Source: an archaeon
GTDB lineage: Archaea > Micrarchaeota > Micrarchaeia > Anstonellales > Bilamarchaeaceae
Direction: 5' to 3'
Assembly: GCA_020053355.1 (NCBI GenBank)
Contig: JAGVNI010000007.1
Span: forward strand, 5,557-69,556
Length of the DNA stretch: 64,000 nt
In this document: piece after piece, positions 9,439 to 18,867 of the stretch
Layout of the letters: every line of letters starts with the position of its first letter
Numbering within the stretch: position 1 is the first letter of the stretch
Notes under the pieces: model-generated
Database searches by the model: none
What the model saw: the letters and a program-made list of their open reading frames with translations, nothing else
What the model was told of the DNA's origin: nothing
Position numbers and translations under genes: made by a program

Positions 9439-10698
9439 ATGCTTGGCACTGCACTGGCCCTATTTGAGATGAAGCGCAACCAGTGGCGAAGCCCACACGA
9501 CCTGCGCGAAATCTCGGAAAAGAAGATGCTCGCCCTGCTTGCGCATGCCAAAGGCACGACCTCGTTCTACAAAACGCGCCTTTCCCTCCCTGCAGCCGCG
9601 GTGCGGAGCCTGGATGACCTCCCTTCCGTTCCGACGACCAGCAAGGCGGACGTCCGGGACCAGCCTGCCTCTTTCATCAGTTCCGCATTTCCCCAATCAT
9701 CGCTCCGCCAGACGCACACCTCCGGTTCCACCGGGGTCCAGGTCCCGCTCTATTTCACGGAATCCGAATCCTCATACGGAATCGCGCTCGAGACGCATCA
9801 ATTGACAGAGTGCGGGGCCGGGCCATTCGACCTCCAGGCAAGGATAACCCATTACGAGTCGGCGCCGAACCTCCTCCAGCGTTTTGGGGTTTTCCGGTGC
9901 AGTTACCTGCCGGTGCAAGGCGAAGAATCCGACAACCTGCGCGCTCTCTCGCTTATGCGCCCAGGCATCGTAATCTCATACCCGTCCATTCTCCTGCCGC
10001 TCGCGCGCATCAACCAGTCGGAGAAGCGGAACCTGAAATTCAAGATGGCATTGGCCGGCGGAGAACTGCTCGCGCCATCTGCAAGGCAGGCCATATCCAG
10101 CTCGTTTAGCTGCCCAATCTATGACCGCTACGGTTCCATGGAAAGCTCATGGGCCGCATGGGAATGCAAGGACGGTTCCCTCCATATCCAGGACGACTGG
10201 GTTTACCTGGAAATCCTTGATAAGCAGGGCGTCCCGGTCAAGGATGGCAGGGAGGGCAGCATCGCCCTCACCCCCCTCTGGCGCAAGGCGATGCCGCTGA
10301 TTAGGTACCAAAGCGGCGACATCGGCGCAATTGGCGGGCGCTGCCGCTGCGGGCGCGGGCTCCGCACGCTTAAACTAAGGGCGGGGCGCGAAGACGATGT
10401 CATCGTGCTTCCAAGCGGGCGCATCCGCTCAGCGCGCTCGATAAACCTCATGGACGACATCCGGGGCATACTCGCCTACCAGATTGTCCAGGAAAGCCCG
10501 GGGCTCTTCATATTCCGCTACGTCCCAGGGACCGGTTTGGGCGAGCAGGGGAAGTCAGAAATCCAAAGAAGAATCGGGCATGGCTGCCTCGGCGAAAAAG
10601 TCCAGGTGGAGTTCGTTTCCCTGGATTCCATCCCAAGGGGCCGGACCGGAAAACTCCGGACGGTCATATCCAAAGTGCGGCCGGATGCGCGCGTTTGA
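9439..10698 (+). CDS. PaaK / coenzyme F390 synthetase-like adenylate-forming enzyme (paralog A)
   Basis: TSGSTG phosphate-binding motif, YGSME, RYQSGD, CRCGRG...DDVIVLPSG and terminal GKLRTV-type Lys motif; ATG at 9439 lies 1 nt after the stop of the upstream gene. Confidence 0.75.
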   Translation: MLGTALALFEMKRNQWRSPHDLREISEKKMLALLAHAKGTTSFYKTRLSLPAAAVRSLDDLPSVPTTSKADVRDQPASFISSAFPQSSLRQTHTSGSTGVQVPLYFTESESSYGIALETHQLTECGAGPFDLQARITHYESAPNLLQRFGVFRCSYLPVQGEESDNLRALSLMRPGIVISYPSILLPLARINQSEKRNLKFKMALAGGELLAPSARQAISSSFSCPIYDRYGSMESSWAAWECKDGSLHIQDDWVYLEILDKQGVPVKDGREGSIALTPLWRKAMPLIRYQSGDIGAIGGRCRCGRGLRTLKLRAGREDDVIVLPSGRIRSARSINLMDDIRGILAYQIVQESPGLFIFRYVPGTGLGEQGKSEIQRRIGHGCLGEKVQVEFVSLDSIPRGRTGKLRTVISKVRPDARV

Positions 10699-10752
10699 AT
10701 CTGTGCGCTTGAGCGGCATGCGTTTGCAAAAAGGGGAAAACCGGCGATTGAC

Positions 10753-11373
10753 ATGGAGATTGACATCAGAAAAGCCCGGCACGGGGATTTCCCGGCGCTC
10801 CCCTCGATTTTCCGGAATGCCAATGACACCCTGAGAAAGAGCCGCGGAGGCACCCACCCCGATGCGGATGTGGAACTGCTGAACCGGATGTCGGATTCAG
10901 GATTGCTGGGAATCCTCCGCAGGGGCGCAGTCATTTTCGTAGCCGAGGTGAAGGGCACCAATCAATTGGTTGGGATGGGGGCAATCACCGATAACCTCCC
11001 TGCGCGCCTGATGGGTTCCACCTACAGCCGCAGCCACTACGTCCTTGAATCATTCCAGAAGGGGAAATCCGGGGTCAGTGTGGGCCGGCTTCTTCGTGAA
11101 GCGACGCTGGCCGAGGCCAGGAGGCTCGGCTTCCGGAAGATGTACGGCTACTCGACCCCTGAGGCGGCCGGCTACCATAAGAAATTCGGGGCGGTGTTCT
11201 ATCCGCGCTACAACGCCTGCCTGGTGGGCACGGTGGTCCTGCAATATTACGAGATAGAACTGCGCAAAAGCATCCTGAACGGCCTGCATGTCGAGCCGTA
11301 TGCGTACCGGGCCGGGATGCTTCTGGGGTCTGCCCTCGGGTTCATCCGAAGGCGCATGCGTTCCGGGCGCTAA
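10753..11373 (+). CDS. GNAT-family acyltransferase-like protein (paralog A)
   Basis: About 200 aa with Q-K-G-K-S-G-V-S-V-G loop resembling the GNAT acyl-CoA binding motif; clear paralog of the 18232..18867 protein (shared LRKSRGG.HPDA and YYEI.LRKS...EPY...AGM blocks). Confidence 0.55.
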   Translation: MEIDIRKARHGDFPALPSIFRNANDTLRKSRGGTHPDADVELLNRMSDSGLLGILRRGAVIFVAEVKGTNQLVGMGAITDNLPARLMGSTYSRSHYVLESFQKGKSGVSVGRLLREATLAEARRLGFRKMYGYSTPEAAGYHKKFGAVFYPRYNACLVGTVVLQYYEIELRKSILNGLHVEPYAYRAGMLLGSALGFIRRRMRSGR

Positions 11374-11470
11374 ACTGCGGAATCCGCTTTTCGTCATCTT
11401 TTCGTCATATGACGACTTGCCCGGCGGCAGCCGCATAGGTTTAAAATTTCGTTCCGGCTGCTAACACAAT

Positions 11471-12556
11471 ATGCGCATTGTCCTCAAGCTAGGCAGCTCC
11501 CTGCTCAATGGCGGGCGGGGGGTGAATACGATATTCATCGACCAGCTTGCGAGCCAGATACTCGGGATGGAAGGCCACGAATTCGCGATTGTCACATCTG
11601 GCGCCATCTCGACCGGGATGAAGAAGCTGAACCTCGCGCAGAAACCCAAGGACGTGGCCATGCTGCAGGCGCTTGCGGCAATCGGCCAGAGCGACCTCAT
11701 GAACGCATACGAGAACGCGTTCGAAGACCGGAGGACGCTCGCGCAGGTGCTTCTCACAAACTACGATTTCTCGAACCGCATGAAATACATGAACATCCGG
11801 AACACCCTCAATACGCTGCTTTCCCACAAGGTGATACCGGTGATAAACGAGAACGATACGGTGACGGTGCTCGACATCAAGAAATCCGCGTTCGGCGACA
11901 ACGACGCCCTCGCGGCGCATGTGGCTGTCGCGATTGACGCCGACCTCCTGCTGATTTTCACGGATGTGGAGGGCCTCTACGACCGCAATCCCACGGATGC
12001 CGGCGCGACGCTGATACGCGAGGTCAAGAGCGTGACGGATACTGAGCTGGGGATGTGCTCCGGCGAAAGCGCGCTCGGCCGGGGCGGCATGGCCGCGAAG
12101 CTGCGCGCGGCCAAGATAGCGACCGAAGCCTCGGTGAAAGTCATCGTGGCGAATGGCACGGCCAAAGACGCCCTTCGCAAGGCCGTTGCGGGGGAAATCG
12201 GGACGTCGTTCGTCCCGGCGCAGACGCCGAAATTGTCCGAAGGGAAGCACTGGCTCGCCTTCGCATCCGAACCTAAGGGCCGCATCATCATAAAGGAAAG
12301 CGCCATGTCGTGCGCGATAGGCAAAAGCTGCGGAATCGCCCCGGGCGATGTCACCGGAGTCAGCGGCAATTTCGACAAGGGTGATGTAATCGAGCTGGCG
12401 TCTTCGGACGGGAGAGTGCTCTGCAAGGGCATCACGAATTATTTCTCGCATGAACTGGAGCGCATCAAGGGCAAGGACCTTGAGTCGATATGCCGGGAAC
12501 TGGGCTTCGTATATACGGAAGTCGTGGGAAGCTCGGACATGGCGGTCATAGGTTGA
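11471..12556 (+). CDS. proB: glutamate 5-kinase with C-terminal PUA domain
   Basis: Amino-acid kinase family N-terminal domain (VLKLGSS...VTSGAI) and C-terminal PUA; length 361 aa typical of ProB. Confidence 0.9.
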   Translation: MRIVLKLGSSLLNGGRGVNTIFIDQLASQILGMEGHEFAIVTSGAISTGMKKLNLAQKPKDVAMLQALAAIGQSDLMNAYENAFEDRRTLAQVLLTNYDFSNRMKYMNIRNTLNTLLSHKVIPVINENDTVTVLDIKKSAFGDNDALAAHVAVAIDADLLLIFTDVEGLYDRNPTDAGATLIREVKSVTDTELGMCSGESALGRGGMAAKLRAAKIATEASVKVIVANGTAKDALRKAVAGEIGTSFVPAQTPKLSEGKHWLAFASEPKGRIIIKESAMSCAIGKSCGIAPGDVTGVSGNFDKGDVIELASSDGRVLCKGITNYFSHELERIKGKDLESICRELGFVYTEVVGSSDMAVIG

Positions 12557-13821
12557 TTCCAAGGGGTGGTGGAGTGGACGCGGAAAAATACGTTTATGGC
12601 CTTCTGGAGGATGCCAGGATTGCCGGGCAGAATCTCGCATCGATGGATGATGCGGGCAGGAATATCCTGCTTGTGCGGATGGCGGCGAAACTGGAAGCGG
12701 ACGCGCAGGAAATCGTCAAGGCGAATGCCTTGGATGTGGATGCCGCAAGGGCAAAGATGACCAAAAGCGAGCTGGACCGCCTCGCACTTAGTCCCGAGCG
12801 AATCAAGGCCATCGCTTCCGACATCCTGGCCGTGGCGAAACTGCCCGACCCATTGAAGGGCGAAGAGAGCTGGGCAGTGCCAAGCGGCCTCCGAATCCGG
12901 AAGGTCCGGGTCCCCTTCGGCGTCATCGGAGTCATTTACGAGAACCGCCCGAACGTGACAATCGACATAGCATCCCTATGCCTGAAAAGCGGGAACGCAT
13001 GCTTGCTGAGAGGGAGTGCCAGCGCATTGAATTCCAACCGCGCCCTGATAAAGGCGATCTCGCCTGTTCTGGAAGCCGCAGGCCTAAAAGGCGCGGTCTC
13101 CTTCGTGGATACGCCGGACCGGAAAGCTGTGGACGTCATGATGAAGGCCCGGGGCCGCCTTGACCTTCTGATACCCAGAGGCGGGGCGGGCCTGATAGCC
13201 CACACGATAGAGAACTCGCGCGTCCCTGTGATAGAGACGGGAACCGGCAACTGCCACGTGTTCGTGGATGAGAGCGCGGATTTGGAGATGGCAAAAAGGA
13301 TTGTCATCAACGCGAAGACGCAGAGGCCGAGCGTGTGCAACGCCGAAGAGAAGCTGCTGGTTCATAGGAACGTGGCAAATGCGTTCATTCCGATGATGGC
13401 AAAAGCCCTCCGGGAAAAAGGCGTGGAAATCCGCGGCTGCTCCGAGACGCTCAAGCTCGTCCCGGACGCGGTCCCAGCCAAGGAAGGCGACTGGCCGAAG
13501 GAATATCTCGACCTGATTATAGCAATCAAGGTCGTCTCCGGAGTGGATGAGGCAATCGCGCACATCAACAAATACAACTCGAAGCACACCGAGGCGATAA
13601 TCACGGAAAACCGCCGGAACGCGGAACTCTTCACCCGCAACGTCGACGCGGCGGCAGTGATGGTGAACGCATCCACACGCTTCACGGATGGAGGTCAGTT
13701 TGGTTTCGGGGCCGAAGTCGGCATCTCCACGCAAAAACTCCATGCAAGGGGGCCGATGGGCGTCCGCGAGCTGACAACCTACAAGTACATAGTCGAAGGG
13801 AACGGGCAGGTCCGCGGGTAG
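12553..13821 (+). CDS. proA: gamma-glutamyl phosphate reductase
   Basis: Aldehyde-dehydrogenase-fold ProA with conserved catalytic Cys (RPSVCNAEEKLLVH); TTG at 12553 overlaps the proB stop (alternative GTG at 12574). Confidence 0.88.
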   Translation: MIPRGGGVDAEKYVYGLLEDARIAGQNLASMDDAGRNILLVRMAAKLEADAQEIVKANALDVDAARAKMTKSELDRLALSPERIKAIASDILAVAKLPDPLKGEESWAVPSGLRIRKVRVPFGVIGVIYENRPNVTIDIASLCLKSGNACLLRGSASALNSNRALIKAISPVLEAAGLKGAVSFVDTPDRKAVDVMMKARGRLDLLIPRGGAGLIAHTIENSRVPVIETGTGNCHVFVDESADLEMAKRIVINAKTQRPSVCNAEEKLLVHRNVANAFIPMMAKALREKGVEIRGCSETLKLVPDAVPAKEGDWPKEYLDLIIAIKVVSGVDEAIAHINKYNSKHTEAIITENRRNAELFTRNVDAAAVMVNASTRFTDGGQFGFGAEVGISTQKLHARGPMGVRELTTYKYIVEGNGQVRG

Positions 13822-13895
13822 CCTATCCGCGCGGGCCGGGCGGGCGTTCGATTGGCTATTAATTGTGTTTGCGCCTAAAACGGCTTGGTGTTCTC

Positions 13896-14654
13896 ATGAG
13901 AATCGCGATTATAGGAATCGGAAGGCTCGGAAGCGTCTTCGCGCGCGTATTGTCCAGGGGCCACGAGCTCCTACTTATCGACCGGGATTTCGAAGCCGCC
14001 AGGGTCGTGGCATCCGAAATCGGCGCGCAGCCCATCAAGGACATTGCGGAAGCGAGGACGTGCGACATGGCGATAATCACCGTCAAGCCCGCGCATGTGG
14101 AAGAAGTCGTCCGGCAAATCAAGGACGCGCAGCTAATCGTATCGTGCGCTGCCGGGGTTCCAATCCGGAAGCTCGAATCCTTCGGCGCGGAGAGGGTAAT
14201 CCGCGTCATGCCGAATATCTGCGCGGAAGTCGGCGAGGCGGTGATAGCCTACGCTCTCCATCCCGAAGTCGAGAAGAAGGAAAAGGTTTTCATGACCGCG
14301 TTTTCCTCGCTTGGAATGTGCATCAAGACCGACGAGAGCCATCTCGACACCATCACCGGGGCATCAGGCTCGGGCCCTGCGTTCGTCGCCTTCTTCGCCG
14401 AAGCGATGATTGAGGAAGCCGTGAAAAACGGGCTTGCCCGCGAGACCGCGGAAAAATGCGTCGCGCAGACGTTCCTTGGCACGGGGAAGCTCATGCGCAG
14501 CGGCTGGAGCGCGCAAAAAATAATCGAGACGGTCGCAAGCCCCGGGGGGACGACCGAAGCCGGCCTCAAGATGCTCGAATCGAAAGGCGCGAACAAAGCC
14601 ATCCACGAGGCTGTCCGCTACGCAGCGCACAAGGCCCGGGAGCTTGGAAAATAG
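13896..14654 (+). CDS. proC: pyrroline-5-carboxylate reductase
   Basis: N-terminal Rossmann motif IAIIGIGRLG and the conserved C-terminal P5CR dimerisation region (PGGTTEAGL). Confidence 0.85.
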   Translation: MRIAIIGIGRLGSVFARVLSRGHELLLIDRDFEAARVVASEIGAQPIKDIAEARTCDMAIITVKPAHVEEVVRQIKDAQLIVSCAAGVPIRKLESFGAERVIRVMPNICAEVGEAVIAYALHPEVEKKEKVFMTAFSSLGMCIKTDESHLDTITGASGSGPAFVAFFAEAMIEEAVKNGLARETAEKCVAQTFLGTGKLMRSGWSAQKIIETVASPGGTTEAGLKMLESKGANKAIHEAVRYAAHKARELGK

Positions 14655-14685
14655 CATTAAAATATCAGGCTCGCGATAATCCTTC

Positions 14686-15954
14686 GTGGGATTCCCTGAT
14701 TTTCTGGCCGAGGGCCTTGCTTTAGCGTCGCACAGGCGCAACCAGTGGAAAAGCCCGGGCAGCATCGAAGAAATGCAGGGCGAAAAACTCCAAACGCTGG
14801 CCGCCCATGCATTTACGCGCGTCCCATTCTATAAAAATCGGTTCCAGGGCTCCGGCATCAGCGGCATGCGGTCGCTGGAAGACCTCCGGTCGCTGCCAAT
14901 CACGGCAAAGGATGATGTGCGGCGGCATGCAGATGCCATGATTTGCTCAGGGCTTTCCAAGGATTCCCTTTACCGGTTCAGCACGACTGGCACAACCGGA
15001 AGCCCGACCGTCCATTACATGGACCATAGCGACGCCATACGTGGCGCAGCGCTGCGCCAGTTCACATTCATGGAATGCGGTTTTGCGCCCGGCGACATCC
15101 TTGCGAACCTGGCTTTCAGCCGGATGCCCCGCTTCCCCATGCAGCCCCTTCTCTACCGGGTAAAAAGCATCCATCCGGCTGAAGATTTGGAGAAAAGTTA
15201 TCGGGCGCTCAAGGCTGCAGCGCCTTCCATCGTTTTCGCGTACCCCTCCGTGCTCGCCATAATGGCCGACATGAACCTCCGCTCAACCTTTCCGCTGCAT
15301 TTTTCGAAAGCGGTGTCCGTATCGGAGATGTTACAGCCCGGGGCGCGGAAAATCATCCAGGAATCATTCGGGTGCAGCATCCGCAACTATTACGGCTCGA
15401 GCGAATGCTGGGCCATGGCATGGGAATGCGAGAATGGCAGCCTGCACATCAACTCCGATTCAGTTATCTTAGAAGCGGTGGACAGTGCCGGCCTTCCTGT
15501 GAAGGACGGGGAGGTTGGCGACCTGCTGATAACGCTTCTATGGAAGTATTCCATGCCGTTCCTCAGGTATCAAATCGGGGACCGGGGCCGGCTTGGCTCT
15601 CATTGTCCCTGCGGCCGCGGTTTGCAGGTCCTGAAATCTTTGGAGGGGCGGACCACCGACTACATCACCCTGCCCAGCGGCAAGCGCTTCCCGTGGATGT
15701 TCACCGAGACGCCCTTTGGCCAGACGGACGGCATCATCTCTTACCAGGTCGTGCAGGAAACCCGGGGGTCGCTCAATATGAAACTCATCGTGGCGCCGGG
15801 GGCCCCGCCCGGCATAAGGGGCGTTGTGAAATCCAGGCTGCTCTCGTACCTTCCGGAGAAGATGGACATGCAGGTTGAAATCGTGGACAGCATCCAGCGC
15901 TCGGGGCGCGGAAAGGCGCGCGATTTCATATCGAAGATAAAACCCCCGAACTGA
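14686..15954 (+). CDS. PaaK / F390 synthetase-like adenylate-forming enzyme (paralog B)
   Basis: TTGTTGSPT, YGSSE, RYQIGD, CPCGRG...TDYITLPSG, terminal GKARDF; GTG start keeps the conserved N-terminal NQWKSP block in frame. Confidence 0.75.
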   Translation: MGFPDFLAEGLALASHRRNQWKSPGSIEEMQGEKLQTLAAHAFTRVPFYKNRFQGSGISGMRSLEDLRSLPITAKDDVRRHADAMICSGLSKDSLYRFSTTGTTGSPTVHYMDHSDAIRGAALRQFTFMECGFAPGDILANLAFSRMPRFPMQPLLYRVKSIHPAEDLEKSYRALKAAAPSIVFAYPSVLAIMADMNLRSTFPLHFSKAVSVSEMLQPGARKIIQESFGCSIRNYYGSSECWAMAWECENGSLHINSDSVILEAVDSAGLPVKDGEVGDLLITLLWKYSMPFLRYQIGDRGRLGSHCPCGRGLQVLKSLEGRTTDYITLPSGKRFPWMFTETPFGQTDGIISYQVVQETRGSLNMKLIVAPGAPPGIRGVVKSRLLSYLPEKMDMQVEIVDSIQRSGRGKARDFISKIKPPN

Positions 15955-16016
15955 GCATGCCGCGACGGGATGCGGGCATTTAAATTTCGTTCCCCCAATC
16001 ATAACTGGCGGGTACT

Positions 16017-16913
16017 ATGGAAGATGGCGAGAACGAGATTTATGGCATGCCCGGAAGCTCCGAGCTGCCGCTTGCGAGAAAACTCATTATCAATGCGGCG
16101 CTGACAGGCAACTTCTCATCGAAAGCGGCCAACCCGGACGTCCCATGCACCCCGGACGAGATTGCCAATGACGCGCACCGGTGCTACGGGGCCGGCGCGA
16201 CTTTCTTCCACATCCATGCCCGCGAAGACGATGGGAAACCGTCCTGCAGGAAGGAACTGTACGAAGAAATAATATCGAAAGTCCGGAAAAAATGCCCGCT
16301 CGGCATCATATGCGCGACGACAAGCGGCCGGGTGTTCAAGACGCTCGAGCAGCGCTCGGCCGTGCTTGATTTGGAAGGCGATGCGAGGCCTGATTTCGCC
16401 TCCCTTTCCATGGGCTCGATGAATTTTCCGACTGAACCCAGCGTCAATTCTCCTGAGATGATAGAGCGCCTTGCCAGGCGCATGATGGAGCGGGATATCC
16501 GGCCCGAACTGGAGGTTTTCGAGACCGGGATGATTAATTATGCCGCGTACCTCAGGCGCAAGGGGTTCTTCAAGGCACCCCTGTATGTCAACCTTTTCTT
16601 CGGCCTTCTTGGCACCATGCCCGGGCGCTTCGTGGACATCGTCCACCAGGTCAGCAGCCTCCCTCCGGATTCGGTATGGGGGGCGGCCGGTGGCGGGCGT
16701 TTCCAGCTTCCGGTGAACATGTCCGCGATGGTCATGGGCGGGCATGTCCGCGTCGGCCTTGAGGACAACCTCTACTATGACTATGGCAAGACCGTCCCGG
16801 CCACCAACGTGATGCTCATCAAGAGGATCGCCCGTATCGCGGGCGAGCTTGGAAGGCCCATCGCAACTCCTAACGAGGCAAGGGAAATCCTCGGGATGAC
16901 GGAGAGGAGATGA
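16017..16913 (+). CDS. BKACE-family (DUF849) beta-keto-acid cleavage enzyme, 3-keto-5-aminohexanoate cleavage enzyme-like
   Basis: TIM-barrel Kce-like signature: INAALTG, HIHARE, conserved Glu/His metal ligands; about 290 aa. Confidence 0.7.
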   Translation: MEDGENEIYGMPGSSELPLARKLIINAALTGNFSSKAANPDVPCTPDEIANDAHRCYGAGATFFHIHAREDDGKPSCRKELYEEIISKVRKKCPLGIICATTSGRVFKTLEQRSAVLDLEGDARPDFASLSMGSMNFPTEPSVNSPEMIERLARRMMERDIRPELEVFETGMINYAAYLRRKGFFKAPLYVNLFFGLLGTMPGRFVDIVHQVSSLPPDSVWGAAGGGRFQLPVNMSAMVMGGHVRVGLEDNLYYDYGKTVPATNVMLIKRIARIAGELGRPIATPNEAREILGMTERR

Positions 16914-18235
16914 CCTGGCTCGGGGGAAAAATCATGGGAACATTGGATGGCGCCTGGAATCTCGCGCGTTTCCTTTCAGAGCAATGGAAGGGGCCGGACG
17001 AACTGCGGAAGCTGCAGGGGCGGCGCCTGGAAAAAGCCCTTGAGCTGTCTTATTCCGCCCCGTTCTACCGGAAAAAGATGGACGCCGCGCACCTTCGCCC
17101 ATCCGGAGGCATGGAAACCCTTCAGGAGCTTCCGGTGACGACCAAGGATGACATCCAGCGCGACCCGGATTCATTCCTGTCTTCTCTCCGCCAAGAAACG
17201 CATGTCAGTCATGAGACGACCGGCTCCACCGGCAAGCCCCTTAGGGTATTGATGGACCGCAAATCCGCGACCCTGCGCACCTCCCTCCTCTTCTCGAACC
17301 TGTTTTCCTGCGGAATAAAGCCGTTCAGCCTGACTGCCAAGCTTGTTTTCAAGGGCAACTCCGGGCAATACGGGGCGCTCCGTTCCTATGGGATACTGCC
17401 CATCCTATCCCTGGACATCCTGGATGACGAGAGGAAAAACCTGGAAATCATCCGTCGCGCCAAGGCAGAGGCGCTTTGCTACTACCCTTCCGCGACCACG
17501 CTCCTTGCCCGGGCGAATTTGGAATCAGCTAAGCCGCTGCGGCTCAAGCGCGTCCTTTCCGGTTCCGAGCTGCTGACGCCGGACTGGCGCAAGCTTCTTG
17601 AGGAATCATTCTCCTGCCCTGTATTCGACCTCTATGGATGCTGGGAGTTCGGCTCGATAGCCTTTGAATGCCCGGAAGAGCACGGCTTGCATGTGAATAC
17701 GGGCACATTCTTCATGGAAATCCTGGACTCCCGCGGGCGCCCGTGCGGGAACCGGCCCGGCAGGGTCGTCATGACCTCGCTAAGCAACATGGCGATGCCG
17801 CTCGTGCGTTACGATTTGGGGGACATCGCAACATGGGGCGGGCAATGCCCCTGCGGCCGCGGCCTTCCCCTCATAAAATCGCTTGAAGGCAGGGCTGATG
17901 ACATGGTCGTCCTGCCAAGCGGCACGCTCCGCTCCCCTCTTACGTTTCGGTTCACGGATTTGGAATGCGTCGCCAAGGGAATCCTCATGTACCAGCTTGT
18001 CCAGGAAAAAGAGGGCCTCTTCGTGTTCCGATACGTGCCTTCGGCCATAGGCCTTCCGGAGGGCTCAAAAAAATACATCGAGAAGCGGATAGTGATTGCC
18101 TGTCTCGGGGAGCCCGTAGTGGTGGAATTCGAGGAGGTGGAGGAAATAAAACGCAACCGCAGGGGGAAACTGGACCGGCTGATTTCCAGAGTGTCGCGGC
18201 GGCGCTCAATCCGGGCAGGCGGGGGCCCATCATGA
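16910..18235 (+). CDS. PaaK / F390 synthetase-like adenylate-forming enzyme (paralog C)
   Basis: TTGSTGKP, YGCWE, RYDLGD, CPCGRG...DDMVVLPSG, terminal GKLDRL; ATG overlaps the BKACE stop (ATGA). Confidence 0.75.
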   Translation: MTWLGGKIMGTLDGAWNLARFLSEQWKGPDELRKLQGRRLEKALELSYSAPFYRKKMDAAHLRPSGGMETLQELPVTTKDDIQRDPDSFLSSLRQETHVSHETTGSTGKPLRVLMDRKSATLRTSLLFSNLFSCGIKPFSLTAKLVFKGNSGQYGALRSYGILPILSLDILDDERKNLEIIRRAKAEALCYYPSATTLLARANLESAKPLRLKRVLSGSELLTPDWRKLLEESFSCPVFDLYGCWEFGSIAFECPEEHGLHVNTGTFFMEILDSRGRPCGNRPGRVVMTSLSNMAMPLVRYDLGDIATWGGQCPCGRGLPLIKSLEGRADDMVVLPSGTLRSPLTFRFTDLECVAKGILMYQLVQEKEGLFVFRYVPSAIGLPEGSKKYIEKRIVIACLGEPVVVEFEEVEEIKRNRRGKLDRLISRVSRRRSIRAGGGPS

Positions 18236-18867
18236 GCGTGGTCCTCCGCGAATACAAATCCACCGACCTTCCGGAGGTCGCGCAGGTCGTCAGGGACGGC
18301 TTCAACACGCTCCGTGAAAGCCGCGGCGGCCAGCACCCGGATGCCGAACTCGACAAATGGCTTTCAATGGGCGATTCTAAAATCGTCGCTTACGTCCTTT
18401 GCAGTGCGCAAGTATTCGTAGCCTATGATGAGGATACGGGAGAAATAGCCGGGATAGGCGCATTCACCGACCGTCGAATTGACCGAATTCTCGGAAGCGC
18501 CTACGTAAAAGGCCTCTATGTGCGTGAAAAATACCAAAGGGGCAAGGGCGGGGTCAAGGTCGGGAGCATGCTGAAGGACGAACGCATCAGGCGAGCCCGG
18601 GAGCGCGGCCTACGGAAAGTCTACGGTTTCTCTGTTCCGGAATCCAAGGGCTTCCATGAGAAGGCCGGGGCGACATTCTATCCGGAGCACGACTTCCATT
18701 ACATGAATGGCACGGTCCGCCTCGGCTACTACGAAATAATACTGAGAAAAAGCCCGTTGAACCCAGTCCGGATAGAGCCTTATCTCCACAAGGCCGGCAT
18801 GAAGCTCAACTATCTGAAGTGGGGGCTGCGCCGCTTATTGCATATCCCGCAGCTTGAACTTCAGTAA
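18232..18867 (+). CDS. GNAT-family acyltransferase-like protein (paralog C)
   Basis: Paralog of 10753..11373 (blocks LRESRGGQHPDAEL, YQRGKGGVKVG, YYEIILRKSPLNPVRIEPYLHKAGM); ATG overlaps the stop of ligase C (ATGA). Confidence 0.55.
   Translation: MSVVLREYKSTDLPEVAQVVRDGFNTLRESRGGQHPDAELDKWLSMGDSKIVAYVLCSAQVFVAYDEDTGEIAGIGAFTDRRIDRILGSAYVKGLYVREKYQRGKGGVKVGSMLKDERIRRARERGLRKVYGFSVPESKGFHEKAGATFYPEHDFHYMNGTVRLGYYEIILRKSPLNPVRIEPYLHKAGMKLNYLKWGLRRLLHIPQLELQ

Noticed and set aside
11489-12640. 383-aa minus-strand ORF
   Set aside because: Antisense to proB/proA, which have unambiguous signatures. It is a typical long spurious ORF for a high-GC genome.
13084-13743. 219-aa minus-strand ORF
   Set aside because: Antisense to proA; no motifs.
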